Assembly: GCF_012275445.1 (NCBI RefSeq) | Contig: NZ_JAAZQK010000015.1 | Span: 22,143-46,142 of the forward strand | Reading direction: 5' to 3' | DNA: 24,000 nt | From: Rhizobacter sp. SG703 | GTDB lineage: Bacteria > Pseudomonadota > Gammaproteobacteria > Burkholderiales > Burkholderiaceae_C | Part shown: one piece after another, positions 1-9,931 of the stretch | Layout of the letters: each line of letters opens with the position of its first letter | How positions within the stretch are numbered: position 1 is the first letter of the stretch | Program-made: the position numbers and the translations under genes | Notes under the pieces: model-generated | What the model was told of the DNA's origin: nothing | Databases searched by the model: none | The model's input: only the letters and a program-made list of their open reading frames with translations

Positions 1-363
1 ATGGGCTCGGTGGCGGGCCGACTGGGCTACCCCTACCGCACGCCGTATGCCGCGAGCAAATGGGCCATCGTCGGCCTGACCAAGTCGCTGGCGATCGAGC
101 TCGGCCCGCACGACATCCGCGTCAACGCGATCCTGCCCGGCACCGTCGAGGGCGAGCGCATGAGCGGCGTGATCGCGGCGCGGGCGGCCGCGGTCGGCAT
201 CGGCGTCGACGAGATGCGCCAGCAGTACCTGAACAAGATCTCGCTGCGCCGCATGGTGAGCGCCGACGACGTCGCCGCGCTCGCACTGTTCCTGTGTTCG
301 CCGGCCGCCCGCAACCTGACCGGTCAGGCCATCAGCATCGACGGCAACGTCGAGTACCTCTAG
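1..363 (+). CDS. SDR-family oxidoreductase, C-terminal fragment (5' end outside window)
   Basis: Frame is open from base 1 to TAG at 361-363. It has the catalytic YxxxK (YAASK) followed by IRVNAILPG, the classical SDR core. Same strand as the transporter genes and only 42 nt upstream of them. Confidence 0.85.
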   Translation: MGSVAGRLGYPYRTPYAASKWAIVGLTKSLAIELGPHDIRVNAILPGTVEGERMSGVIAARAAAVGIGVDEMRQQYLNKISLRRMVSADDVAALALFLCSPAARNLTGQAISIDGNVEYL

Positions 364-405
364 ACCCCGAATTCCCGTCGACAAAAGAACCCAAGGAGAC
401 AAGAG

Positions 406-1638
406 ATGACCGTTGTTCGATTCGCTATTCCGATGTTCGCGCTGCTGGCCGGCGCCGCGCAGGCCGCCCCGGTCAAGATCGGCGTGCTGGAGACGCTGTC
501 CGGCCCGCAGGCCTCCACCGGCCAGGCCTACCGCGCCGCGGTGCGCTACGCGGTCGACAAGCTGAATGCGGCCGGCGGCTGGAACGGCCAGCCGGTGCAG
601 CTGCTGGAGTACGACAACCAGGGCGGCCCGGCCGGCGCGTCCGACAAGCTGAAGGCCGCGGCCGCCGACGGCGTGCAGATCGTCGTGCAGGGCGGCTCGT
701 CGGCGATCGGCGGCCAGATCACCGAAGACGTGCGCAAGCACAACCTGCGCAACCCGGGCAAGGAGATCGTCTACATCAACGTCGGCGCCGAGGCGCTGGA
801 GCTGACCGGCGAGAAGTGCAACTTCCACCACTTCCGCTTCGCCGGCAACGCGCAGGTGCGCACCAAGGCGCTGGTGCAGGCGATGAAGCAGGGGCAGGCG
901 CTGGGCACCAAGGTCTATGCGATCAACCAGAACTACTCGTGGGGCCAGGACATGGAGCGCGCCATCGTCGACAACGCTGGTGCCGGCGGGTACCAGGTCG
1001 TCGAGAAGACGCTGCACGACGTCAACAAGATCCAGGACTTCGCGCCCTACGTCGCGAAGATCGGCGCGTCGGGCGCCGACACGGTGATCACCGGCAACTG
1101 GTCGAACGACCTGCTGCTGATGATGAAGGCGTCGAAGGCGGCCGGGCTCAAGGTGCGCTTCGGCACGGTGTACCTCGACCAGGTGGGCAACATCGCGAAT
1201 GCCGGCGAGCAGGCGGTCGGCCACTTCGTCGTGCAGGCCTTCAACGCCGAGGCCGCCGGCGCGGACGGCGACCGCTTCATGGCCGACTACAAGGCGAAGA
1301 GCGGCCACTGGCCGGTCGCGACCGAGCCGCAGACGGTGTTCGGGCTGGAGATGGTGGCCGACGCGCTGAAGCGCACGAAGCCGGTGAACGACGCGCTCGA
1401 CGTCAACGCGCTCGCTCGCGCGCTCGAGACCACGCGGCTGAAGACGCCGATGGGCGAGGCCAGCATGCGCGCCGCCGACCACCAGGTGCTGCTGCCGCTG
1501 GTGGTGTCGGTGGTGGCGAAGGACGCGAAGTACAAGGCCGACGACACGGAGCTGGGCTTCAAGCCGGTGAAGGTCTTCACTGCCGAGCAGGCCGCGGTGC
1601 CGGCGCAGGCCGCCTGCAAGATGCAGCGCCCCGGCTGA
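406..1638 (+). CDS. Periplasmic substrate-binding protein of a Liv/Bra-type (branched-chain amino acid family) ABC transporter
   Basis: 410-aa ORF with AAGGAG at 393-398, 7 nt before the ATG. Signal peptide MTVVRFAIPMFALLAGAAQA/AP. The mature N-terminus KIGVLETLSGPQASTG is typical of Leu/Ile/Val-binding-protein-like receptors. Followed directly by the cognate permeases. Confidence 0.9.
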   Translation: MTVVRFAIPMFALLAGAAQAAPVKIGVLETLSGPQASTGQAYRAAVRYAVDKLNAAGGWNGQPVQLLEYDNQGGPAGASDKLKAAAADGVQIVVQGGSSAIGGQITEDVRKHNLRNPGKEIVYINVGAEALELTGEKCNFHHFRFAGNAQVRTKALVQAMKQGQALGTKVYAINQNYSWGQDMERAIVDNAGAGGYQVVEKTLHDVNKIQDFAPYVAKIGASGADTVITGNWSNDLLLMMKASKAAGLKVRFGTVYLDQVGNIANAGEQAVGHFVVQAFNAEAAGADGDRFMADYKAKSGHWPVATEPQTVFGLEMVADALKRTKPVNDALDVNALARALETTRLKTPMGEASMRAADHQVLLPLVVSVVAKDAKYKADDTELGFKPVKVFTAEQAAVPAQAACKMQRPG

Positions 1639-1642
1639 GGCG

Positions 1643-2596
1643 ATGGGATCCGCGGTGGACACCCTCGTCTTTTCATTGTTGAACGGCACGGTCTACGGCC
1701 TGCTGCTGTTCATGGTCTCGGCCGGGCTGACGCTGGTGTTCGGGATGATGGGCGTGCTGAACTTCGCCCACGCCTCGTTCTACATGCTCGGCGCGTATTT
1801 CGCGTACACGCTGCAGGGCCTCGTCGGCTTCGGCCCGGCGGTGGTGGCGGCCACGCTGTTGTCGGGCGCGGTCGGCTTGGTGGTCGAGCGCTGTTTCCTG
1901 CGGCGCGTGCACCACCACGGCCATGCGCACGAACTGCTGCTGACCTTCGGGCTGTCGTTCATCATCGCCGAGGCGATCAAGCTGTTCTTCGGCAACCACC
2001 CGGTGGACTACCGCATTCCGCCGGCGCTCGACGTCGCCGCGTTCACGCTCGGCCGCCAGCAGTACCCGGCCTACCGCGTGCTGATGGCGGCGGTGGCGCT
2101 GGCGATGTTCGGCGTCCTGTGGCTGCTGCTGACGCGCACGCGCATCGGCATCGTCGTGCGGGCGGCGATCCACAAGCCGCGCATGGCGCAGGCGTTGGGC
2201 CACAACGTGCAGCTGGTGTTCATGGGCGTGTTCGGTGTCGGCGCGGCGCTGGCCGGGCTGGCCGGTGCGATCGCCGGCGCCTTCTACACCACCAACCCGA
2301 ACATGGCGCTCGAAGTGGGCGTGATGGCCTTCGTCGTCGTGGTCGTCGGCGGGCTCGGCTCGCTCGGCGGCGCGATGCTGGCATCGCTGCTGATCGGCAT
2401 CGTCACCTCGCTGGCGGTCGGCGTGGACCGCAGCCTCGCCGACCTGCTGGCCGTCGTCGGCGCCGGCGCGTGGGCCGAAGGCATCGGCGGCTTGCTGACG
2501 CTGAAGCTGTCGAGCCTCGCCGCGACGCTGCCGTTCGCATTGATGCTGCTGATCCTGCTGGTCCGGCCGAGCGGGCTGATGGGCGAGAAGGCCTGA
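1643..2596 (+). CDS. ABC transporter permease, LivH/BraD family
   Basis: 317-aa, highly hydrophobic multi-pass ORF starting 4 nt after the binding-protein stop. Sequence pattern (LLNGTVYGLLLFMVSAGLTLVFGMMGVLNFAH...) is characteristic of LivH-type permeases. Confidence 0.9.
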   Translation: MGSAVDTLVFSLLNGTVYGLLLFMVSAGLTLVFGMMGVLNFAHASFYMLGAYFAYTLQGLVGFGPAVVAATLLSGAVGLVVERCFLRRVHHHGHAHELLLTFGLSFIIAEAIKLFFGNHPVDYRIPPALDVAAFTLGRQQYPAYRVLMAAVALAMFGVLWLLLTRTRIGIVVRAAIHKPRMAQALGHNVQLVFMGVFGVGAALAGLAGAIAGAFYTTNPNMALEVGVMAFVVVVVGGLGSLGGAMLASLLIGIVTSLAVGVDRSLADLLAVVGAGAWAEGIGGLLTLKLSSLAATLPFALMLLILLVRPSGLMGEKA

Positions 2597-2600
2597 CGCG

Positions 2601-3818
2601 ATGCGCACGACCTTCTCCCTCCTCGCGGCCGGCATCGCGCTGCTGGCGGCACTGCCGGCGCTGCTGCCCGCCGGGCTGCTGATCGCGTCGATCCAGATGC
2701 TCGTCGCCGCGCTGTTCGCCAGCGCCTACGGCATGCTGAGCGGCCGCGCCGGCATGCTGTCGTTCGGGCACGCCGCCTACTTCGGCATCGGCGCGTTCGC
2801 GACGGTGCATGCGATGAATGCGCTCGGCGGCACCGGGCTGCTGCCGACGCCGCTGATGCCGCTGGTCGGCGCCGCGGCCGGCCTGGCCGTCGGCATCGTC
2901 GCCGGCTGGTTCGCGACGCAGCGCAGCGGCACCAGCTTCGCGATGATCACGCTGGCCATCGCCGAGCTGCTGCACGCGCTGGCGCCGCAGCTGAAGGGCC
3001 TGTTCGGTGGCGAGTCCGGCCTGTCGACGATGCGGGCGCCGGCCTGGGGCCTCGGCTTCGGCTCGACGGTGCAGGTCTACTACCTGACCCTCGCGTGGGT
3101 GCTGCTGTGCCTCGGGCTGCTGTACTTCCACAGCCGCACGCCGGCCGGCCGCCTGATGCTGGCGCTGCGCGAGAACGGGCATCGGCTGCGCTTCCTCGGC
3201 TACGACGTGCACGGCCTGGGGGTGTCGGCCTTCGCGATCTCGGCGATGTTCTCCGGCGTGGCCGGCGCGCTGCAGGCGCTCGGCAACGAGGCCGCGAACT
3301 ACGCGGTGTTCGATGCCGGCGTGTCGGCCGGCGTGGTGCTGAACAGCACCATCGGCGGGGTCGGCAGCTTCCTCGGCCCGGCACTCGGCGCCGCGCTGAT
3401 GACCTTCTTCGGCTACGCGGCATCCGATGCGACGCAATCGTGGCTGCTGTACCAGGGCGTGCTGTTCGTGCTGGTGATGATGTTCGCGCCAGCGGGCCTG
3501 GCCGGGCTGGTCGCCGCGGGCGCGCGCCTGGTCGAGCGGCGCGGCTGGCGGACGGCGGCATCGGTCGCGCTGCTGGCGGCCGGCGCGACCGTGCTGCTGG
3601 GGGCGGGCGGCGTGTTCATCGTCGAGATGCTGCAGCGGCTGTGCTCGCAGGACTACCGCGCGCTGGCGCAAGCGGCCGCGGAGCTGCCGGCGGTCCGCCT
3701 GCTGGAGCGGCCCTGGTCGCCGACGGCGCTGTCGACGTGGATGCTGCCGGCGGGACTGCTCGCGTGCGGCACGGTGCTGGCCGTCGTCGCACGGCGCCGC
3801 GTCGGGAGCGCGACATGA
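2601..3818 (+). CDS. ABC transporter permease, LivM/BraE family (with extra C-terminal hydrophobic segments)
   Basis: 405-aa hydrophobic ORF starting 4 nt after the previous stop. Has the LivM-like core (GMLSFGHAAYFGIGAF...). Its stop TGA at 3816-3818 overlaps the next ATG as ATGA. Confidence 0.88.
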   Translation: MRTTFSLLAAGIALLAALPALLPAGLLIASIQMLVAALFASAYGMLSGRAGMLSFGHAAYFGIGAFATVHAMNALGGTGLLPTPLMPLVGAAAGLAVGIVAGWFATQRSGTSFAMITLAIAELLHALAPQLKGLFGGESGLSTMRAPAWGLGFGSTVQVYYLTLAWVLLCLGLLYFHSRTPAGRLMLALRENGHRLRFLGYDVHGLGVSAFAISAMFSGVAGALQALGNEAANYAVFDAGVSAGVVLNSTIGGVGSFLGPALGAALMTFFGYAASDATQSWLLYQGVLFVLVMMFAPAGLAGLVAAGARLVERRGWRTAASVALLAAGATVLLGAGGVFIVEMLQRLCSQDYRALAQAAAELPAVRLLERPWSPTALSTWMLPAGLLACGTVLAVVARRRVGSAT

Positions 3819-4585
3819 CGAACGACCGCACCGTCATCCCGATCCTCAGTCTTCGCGGCCTGCGCAAATCCTTCGGCGCGGCCGAGATCATCCGCGGCGT
3901 CGACCTCGACCTGCGCGCCGGCGAACGCCACGCGCTGATCGGACCGAACGGCGCCGGCAAGTCGACACTGTTCCACCTGATCTCCGGCAACCTGCGGCCG
4001 AGTGCCGGCGAGATCGTGCTCGGCGGACAGTCCATCGGCGGCTGGTCGCCGGAGCGCGTGAACCGCCACGGGCTGGCCCGCTCGTTCCAGATCACCAACA
4101 TCTTCCCGAAGCTGAGCGTGTTCGAGAACGTGCGCATCGCGGTGATGCAGCGCCACCGGCTGCAGTACAACGCCTGGCGCCGCATCGAGCGCATCGGCGC
4201 CCTTCGCGAAGAGACCGAGCGGCTGCTCGAACAGGTGCGCCTGCAGCACCAGGCCGCGACGCTCGGCGGCGAGATGACCTACTCGGCGCAGCGCTCGCTC
4301 GAACTCGCGATGACGCTGGCCTCGAACCCGCAGGTGGTGCTGCTCGACGAGCCGATGGCCGGCATGTCGAGCGAGGAGACGCAGTACACCGCCGAGCTGA
4401 TCCGCGAGGTGACGGCCGGCCGCACGCTGCTGCTGGTGGAGCACGACATGGACGTGGTGTTCTCGCTCGGCGAGCGCGTCAGCGTGCTGGTCTACGGCCA
4501 GGTCATCGCGACCGGCACGCCGGACGAGATCCGCCGCCACGACGGCGTGCGCGAAGCCTACCTGGGCGAGGAGCACGCCGCATGA
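3815..4585 (+). CDS. ABC transporter ATP-binding protein, LivG/BraF family
   Basis: I take the internal ATG at 3815 (MTNDRTVIPILSLRGL...), which is in frame within track ORF 3095..4585. The upstream part of that ORF is Arg/Gly-rich off-frame read-through of the permease gene. Walker A GPNGAGKST and Walker B VVLLDEP are present. Confidence 0.92.
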   Translation: MTNDRTVIPILSLRGLRKSFGAAEIIRGVDLDLRAGERHALIGPNGAGKSTLFHLISGNLRPSAGEIVLGGQSIGGWSPERVNRHGLARSFQITNIFPKLSVFENVRIAVMQRHRLQYNAWRRIERIGALREETERLLEQVRLQHQAATLGGEMTYSAQRSLELAMTLASNPQVVLLDEPMAGMSSEETQYTAELIREVTAGRTLLLVEHDMDVVFSLGERVSVLVYGQVIATGTPDEIRRHDGVREAYLGEEHAA

Positions 4586-4646
4586 GACACCCTGTGTCAA
4601 CCCCCCACCGTTTGAAGCAGAGCCCTGGCAGCACGAAGGTCCTCCA

Positions 4647-5369
4647 GTGAGCGGAGCCATCCAACCCTTGCTGCACGTGGACGGCCTGCATGCGCACTAC
4701 GGCAAGAGCCACGTGCTGCGCGGCGTGACGCTGCAGGTCGGCCGCGGCGAGGTGGTCAGCCTGCTGGGCCGCAACGGCTCGGGCCGCTCGACGACGCTGA
4801 AGGCGATGATGGGCCTGGTGCCGCCGAGCGCCGGCCGGGTCGAACTCGGCGGCCGCGCGCTGGCCGGTGCGCCGCCGCATGCCATCTGCCGCGCGGGGCT
4901 GGCCTACGTGCCGGAAGAACGCGAGGTGTTCGCCAACCTCACCGTCGACGAGAACCTGCGCATGGGCCAGCAGCCGCCGGTGGCCGGCGCGGTGCGCTGG
5001 AGCATCCCGCAGATGTTCGACTGGTTCCCGCGCCTGAAGGAACGCCGCGGCACCAAGGCCGGCAGCCTGTCGGGTGGCGAACAGCAGATGCTGACGATCT
5101 GCCGCTCGCTGCTCGGCAATCCGCTCGCGATCCTGATCGACGAGCCGACCGAAGGCCTGGCGCCGAAGATCGTCGCGCAGGTCGCCGAGTGCATCCAGGA
5201 CATGCGGCGGCAGGGCGTCTCGGTCGTGCTGGTGGAGCAGAAGCTCGCGATCGCGCTGAAGGTCTCGACCCGCGTGTGCGTGATGGGCCACGGCCACATC
5301 GTCTTCGAAGGCAGCCCGGCGCAACTGCTGGCCGACCGCGAGATGCAGCAGCAGTGGCTCGCGGTCTGA
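4647..5369 (+). CDS. ABC transporter ATP-binding protein, LivF/BraG family
   Basis: 240-aa ORF with a GTG start and GAAGG 8 nt upstream. Walker A GRNGSGRST, ABC signature LSGGEQQML and Walker B ILIDEPTEGLAP are present. Confidence 0.92.
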   Translation: MSGAIQPLLHVDGLHAHYGKSHVLRGVTLQVGRGEVVSLLGRNGSGRSTTLKAMMGLVPPSAGRVELGGRALAGAPPHAICRAGLAYVPEEREVFANLTVDENLRMGQQPPVAGAVRWSIPQMFDWFPRLKERRGTKAGSLSGGEQQMLTICRSLLGNPLAILIDEPTEGLAPKIVAQVAECIQDMRRQGVSVVLVEQKLAIALKVSTRVCVMGHGHIVFEGSPAQLLADREMQQQWLAV

Positions 5370-5392
5370 CTCAACCCACCCCAGGAGATCCC

Positions 5393-6367
5393 GTGGCAAT
5401 CCCCCCAGACAAGGTCATCATCAGCTGCGCCGTGACCGGCTCGGTGCACACGCCGACGATGTCGCCGCACCTGCCGCTGACGCCGGACCAGATCGCCGAG
5501 CAGGCGATCGAGGCGGCCGAGGCCGGCGCGGCCGTCCTGCACCTGCATGCGCGCGACCCGCGCGATGGCCGGCCGACGCCGGACCCGGCGGTGTTCGACC
5601 AGTTCGTGCCGCGCATCCGCGCCGCGACCGATGCGGTGATCAACATCACCACCGGCGGCAGCACGCGCATGACGCTGCAGGAGCGCCTGGCCTACCCGTT
5701 GCAGGCCCGGCCGGAGATGTGCTCGCTGAACATGGGCTCGATGAACTTCTCGATCCACCCGATGGCGCGCAAATACAGCGAGTGGCGCCACGACTGGGAG
5801 AAGCCGCACGTCGAGGGCATGGAGGACCTGATCTTCCGCAACACCTTCGCCGACATCAAGCACATCCTGAAGGTGCTGGGGCAGGACGCCGGAACACGCT
5901 TCGAGTTCGAGTGCTACGACGTCGGCCACCTCTACACGCTGGCGCACTTCGTCGACGAAGGGCTGGTCGACGGGCCGCTGTTCATCCAATGCATCTTCGG
6001 CATCCTCGGCGGCGTGGGGGCCGACCCGGAGAACCTGTTCACGATGCGCGCGACGGCCGACCGGCTGTTCGGCCGCAAGCACTACCGCTTCTCGGTGCTG
6101 GGCGCCGGCCGCCACCAGATGCCGTTGCTGACGATGGCCGCGGTGATGGGCGGCAACGTGCGCGTCGGCCTCGAAGACAGCCTGTACCTGGAGCGCGGCC
6201 GGTTGGCGCGCTCGTGCGCCGAGCAGGTGCGCAAGATCCGCCGGATTCTCGAAGAGCTGTCGCTCGACGTCGCGACGCCGGCCGAGGTGCGCACGATGCT
6301 GGCGCTGAAGGGCAGCGACGCCACGTCGATCCGATTCACCCGCAACCAACCCCGAAGGGACCCATGA
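5393..6367 (+). CDS. BKACE-family enzyme (DUF849; 3-keto-5-aminohexanoate cleavage enzyme-like beta-keto acid cleavage enzyme)
   Basis: GTG at 5393, in frame in track ORF 5189..6367, preceded by AGGAGA at 5383-5388. The N-terminus KVIISCAVTGSVHTP, the VLHLHARDP motif (Zn-binding His pair) and NVRVGLEDS (Glu ligand) are the BKACE hallmarks as I remember them. Confidence 0.85.
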   Translation: MAIPPDKVIISCAVTGSVHTPTMSPHLPLTPDQIAEQAIEAAEAGAAVLHLHARDPRDGRPTPDPAVFDQFVPRIRAATDAVINITTGGSTRMTLQERLAYPLQARPEMCSLNMGSMNFSIHPMARKYSEWRHDWEKPHVEGMEDLIFRNTFADIKHILKVLGQDAGTRFEFECYDVGHLYTLAHFVDEGLVDGPLFIQCIFGILGGVGADPENLFTMRATADRLFGRKHYRFSVLGAGRHQMPLLTMAAVMGGNVRVGLEDSLYLERGRLARSCAEQVRKIRRILEELSLDVATPAEVRTMLALKGSDATSIRFTRNQPRRDP

Positions 6368-7260
6368 AGAAGCGTTTGCAAGACAAGGTGGCCATCGTGA
6401 CCGGCGCCGGCGGCGGGCTCGGGCGCACCCATGCGCTGGAGCTGGCACGCCATGGCGCGCGGGTGGTCGTCAACGACCTCGCGGGGCGCGACGACGGTGC
6501 CGCGGCCCAGGCGGTGGCCGACGAGATCCGGCGGCGCGGCGGCGAGGCGCTGGTCCAGCTCGGCGACGTGACGCAGCCCGCCGACATGCAGGCGATGGCC
6601 GACGCCGCGGTGGCCCGGTGGGGGCGCATCGACATCCTGGTGAACAACGCCGGCATCCTGCGCGACAAGAGCTTCGCGAAGATGTCGCTCGACGACTTCA
6701 GGCTGGTGCTGGACGTGCACCTGATGGGCGCCGTCAATGCCACCAAGGCGGTGTGGGCGCAGATGCAGGCGCAGCGCTACGGCCGCATCGTGATGACGAC
6801 CTCGTCGAGCGGCCTGTACGGCAACTTCGGCCAGTCGAACTACGGCGCCGCGAAGATGGCGCTGGTGGGATTGATGCAGACGCTGGCGCTGGAAGGCGCG
6901 AAGTACGGCGTGCAGGTCAATTGCCTCGCGCCGACCGCCGCGACGGCGATGACCGAAGGCGTGCTGCCGCCGGACGCGCTGGTCCGGCTGACCGCCGAGC
7001 GCGTCAGCCCGGCGCTGCTCGCGCTGGTGGGCGACGAGGCGCCGTCGCGCATGATCCTGCTGGCAGGGGCCGGCAGCTTCGAGAGCGCGAACATCACGAT
7101 GACGCAGGGCGTGTACCTGGACGATGCGCACGACGTGGCCGAGCGGCTGTGCGAGCGGCTGGACGAAGTCACCGCGCGCGCCGACGAGATCGTGCCGGCG
7201 TCGGGCTGGGAGCAGTACCGGCTGGAGCTGGCGAAGGCGGTGGCCGTCGTCCAGCAGTGA
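6364..7260 (+). CDS. SDR-family dehydrogenase resembling the (3R)-hydroxyacyl-CoA dehydrogenase domain of MFE-2-type enzymes
   Basis: ATG at 6364 overlaps the BKACE stop as ATGA. Cofactor motif VAIVTGAGGGLG, NNAG (LVNNAGILRD) and catalytic S...YGAAK are present. The NDLGG-like/ILRDKSF/NFGQSNYGAAK pattern recalls MFE-2 N-terminal domains. Confidence 0.8.
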   Translation: MKKRLQDKVAIVTGAGGGLGRTHALELARHGARVVVNDLAGRDDGAAAQAVADEIRRRGGEALVQLGDVTQPADMQAMADAAVARWGRIDILVNNAGILRDKSFAKMSLDDFRLVLDVHLMGAVNATKAVWAQMQAQRYGRIVMTTSSSGLYGNFGQSNYGAAKMALVGLMQTLALEGAKYGVQVNCLAPTAATAMTEGVLPPDALVRLTAERVSPALLALVGDEAPSRMILLAGAGSFESANITMTQGVYLDDAHDVAERLCERLDEVTARADEIVPASGWEQYRLELAKAVAVVQQ

Positions 7261-7334
7261 TCGCAGCGCACCGGTCGACGTTGCCGCGGGCAGCGCGGGC
7301 ACAATCCCGGCTCCGTGGATGGAGCGCGCGAACG

Positions 7335-8858
<1,524 letters not shown>

Positions 8859-8986
8859 CCTGCCCGCCGCGCGGCGTCGAGGCCCCGCCACGGTAGGTTT
8901 TCCCGGGGTGGCCATCAGGGCCACGGCTTGCGCCGCGCCGGTCTTTTCGCCTTCAATCGAGCTTCGATCCACCACCGGGAGAGGCG

Positions 8987-9931
8987 ATGAAACAGGCGAT
9001 GAAGACAGCGACGATGTCGGCCCTGCTGCTGTCGGCCGGCATGGCCGCCACGGCACAGGCCCACGAGACCTCCGCCGACTTCCGGCTCGATCCGGTGGTC
9101 GGCCTGTCGAGCAGCGGGAGTCCGGCGCCGGGCAGCGTCGGCGAGTGGCTGACGCCCAATGCCTACACCGGCTACACGACCGTCTACTACACCTGGGCCG
9201 ATGGCAGCAAATCGACCAACCAGGACAGCTACACCGCGGCCGGGCTGCCGCTCGCGACGAGGAGCGGCGACCCCTTCGGCCCGCGGCGCGACCAGACCAT
9301 GCCGGCGCTGGCCGCCGATTCGCCGTCGGCCCACTCGCTGGTCGAACCGGGCCACATGCTGGCCGGCGTGACGCGAGAGCACCCGTGGGACGAGTCCAAC
9401 GCCAGCGTCACGTGGGAGCGCACGTTCTCGCTGCTGCCCAACACGTCCATCACCTTCTCGGGCACCGCGACCCTCGACGCCGACCAGGCGACCACGAAGA
9501 AAACCACCTTCGAGGCCAAGCCCAACCTGAACCCGCAGTACGCGAACCGCGGCGTGCTGTCGTTCCGCAGCTCGCTCGAAGACGGGTGGTCGATCAACGG
9601 CATCAGCTTCATCGCCCGCATCATGAATTTCGACCCGCGGCTGCCGGCCGGATCGCCGTCGCTCGGGCGCGTCGGTTCGGTGGACGACTTCGCGTACAGC
9701 AGCGACGAGCAGGGCCACCTGTCGCTGACCCTCTTCAACCATTCCAACGAGCTGATGTTCACCAGCCTGTCGATCGGGGTGTTCGCGGTGGCGCCGTTCA
9801 TCTCGCCGATTCCCGAGCCGGCCGCCTGGTCGGCGATGCTGCTGGGACTGGGCGTGCTGGGCTGGCGCCGCAGGGCTTCGGCCGCCGCGCACAACGCTTC
9901 GATCGCCACCGTCGCCGGAGGTGCCGCATGA
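8987..9931 (+). CDS. Secreted PEP-CTERM-anchored protein of unknown function (paralog A)
   Basis: GGGAGAGG lies just upstream of the ATG. Signal peptide ends ...LLLSAGMAATAQA/HE. C-terminus is PIPEPAAWSAMLLGLGVLGWRRR (PEP motif, hydrophobic helix, Arg cluster). The core is not assignable to a family by eye. Confidence 0.85.
   Translation: MKQAMKTATMSALLLSAGMAATAQAHETSADFRLDPVVGLSSSGSPAPGSVGEWLTPNAYTGYTTVYYTWADGSKSTNQDSYTAAGLPLATRSGDPFGPRRDQTMPALAADSPSAHSLVEPGHMLAGVTREHPWDESNASVTWERTFSLLPNTSITFSGTATLDADQATTKKTTFEAKPNLNPQYANRGVLSFRSSLEDGWSINGISFIARIMNFDPRLPAGSPSLGRVGSVDDFAYSSDEQGHLSLTLFNHSNELMFTSLSIGVFAVAPFISPIPEPAAWSAMLLGLGVLGWRRRASAAAHNASIATVAGGAA

Noticed and set aside
4620-4640. A TGGCAG... 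sequence in the livG/livF spacer looks at first glance like a sigma-54 -24 box.
   Set aside because: No GC/TTGC element sits at the required 10-nt spacing downstream, and no enhancer-binding-protein context exists inside this operon.
8859-8986. I looked for a c-di-GMP or other riboswitch in the leader of the PEP-CTERM genes.
   Set aside because: I could not recognise any conserved riboswitch core sequence by eye. Only generic GC hairpins are present. A covariance-model (Rfam/Infernal) scan would be needed to exclude one.
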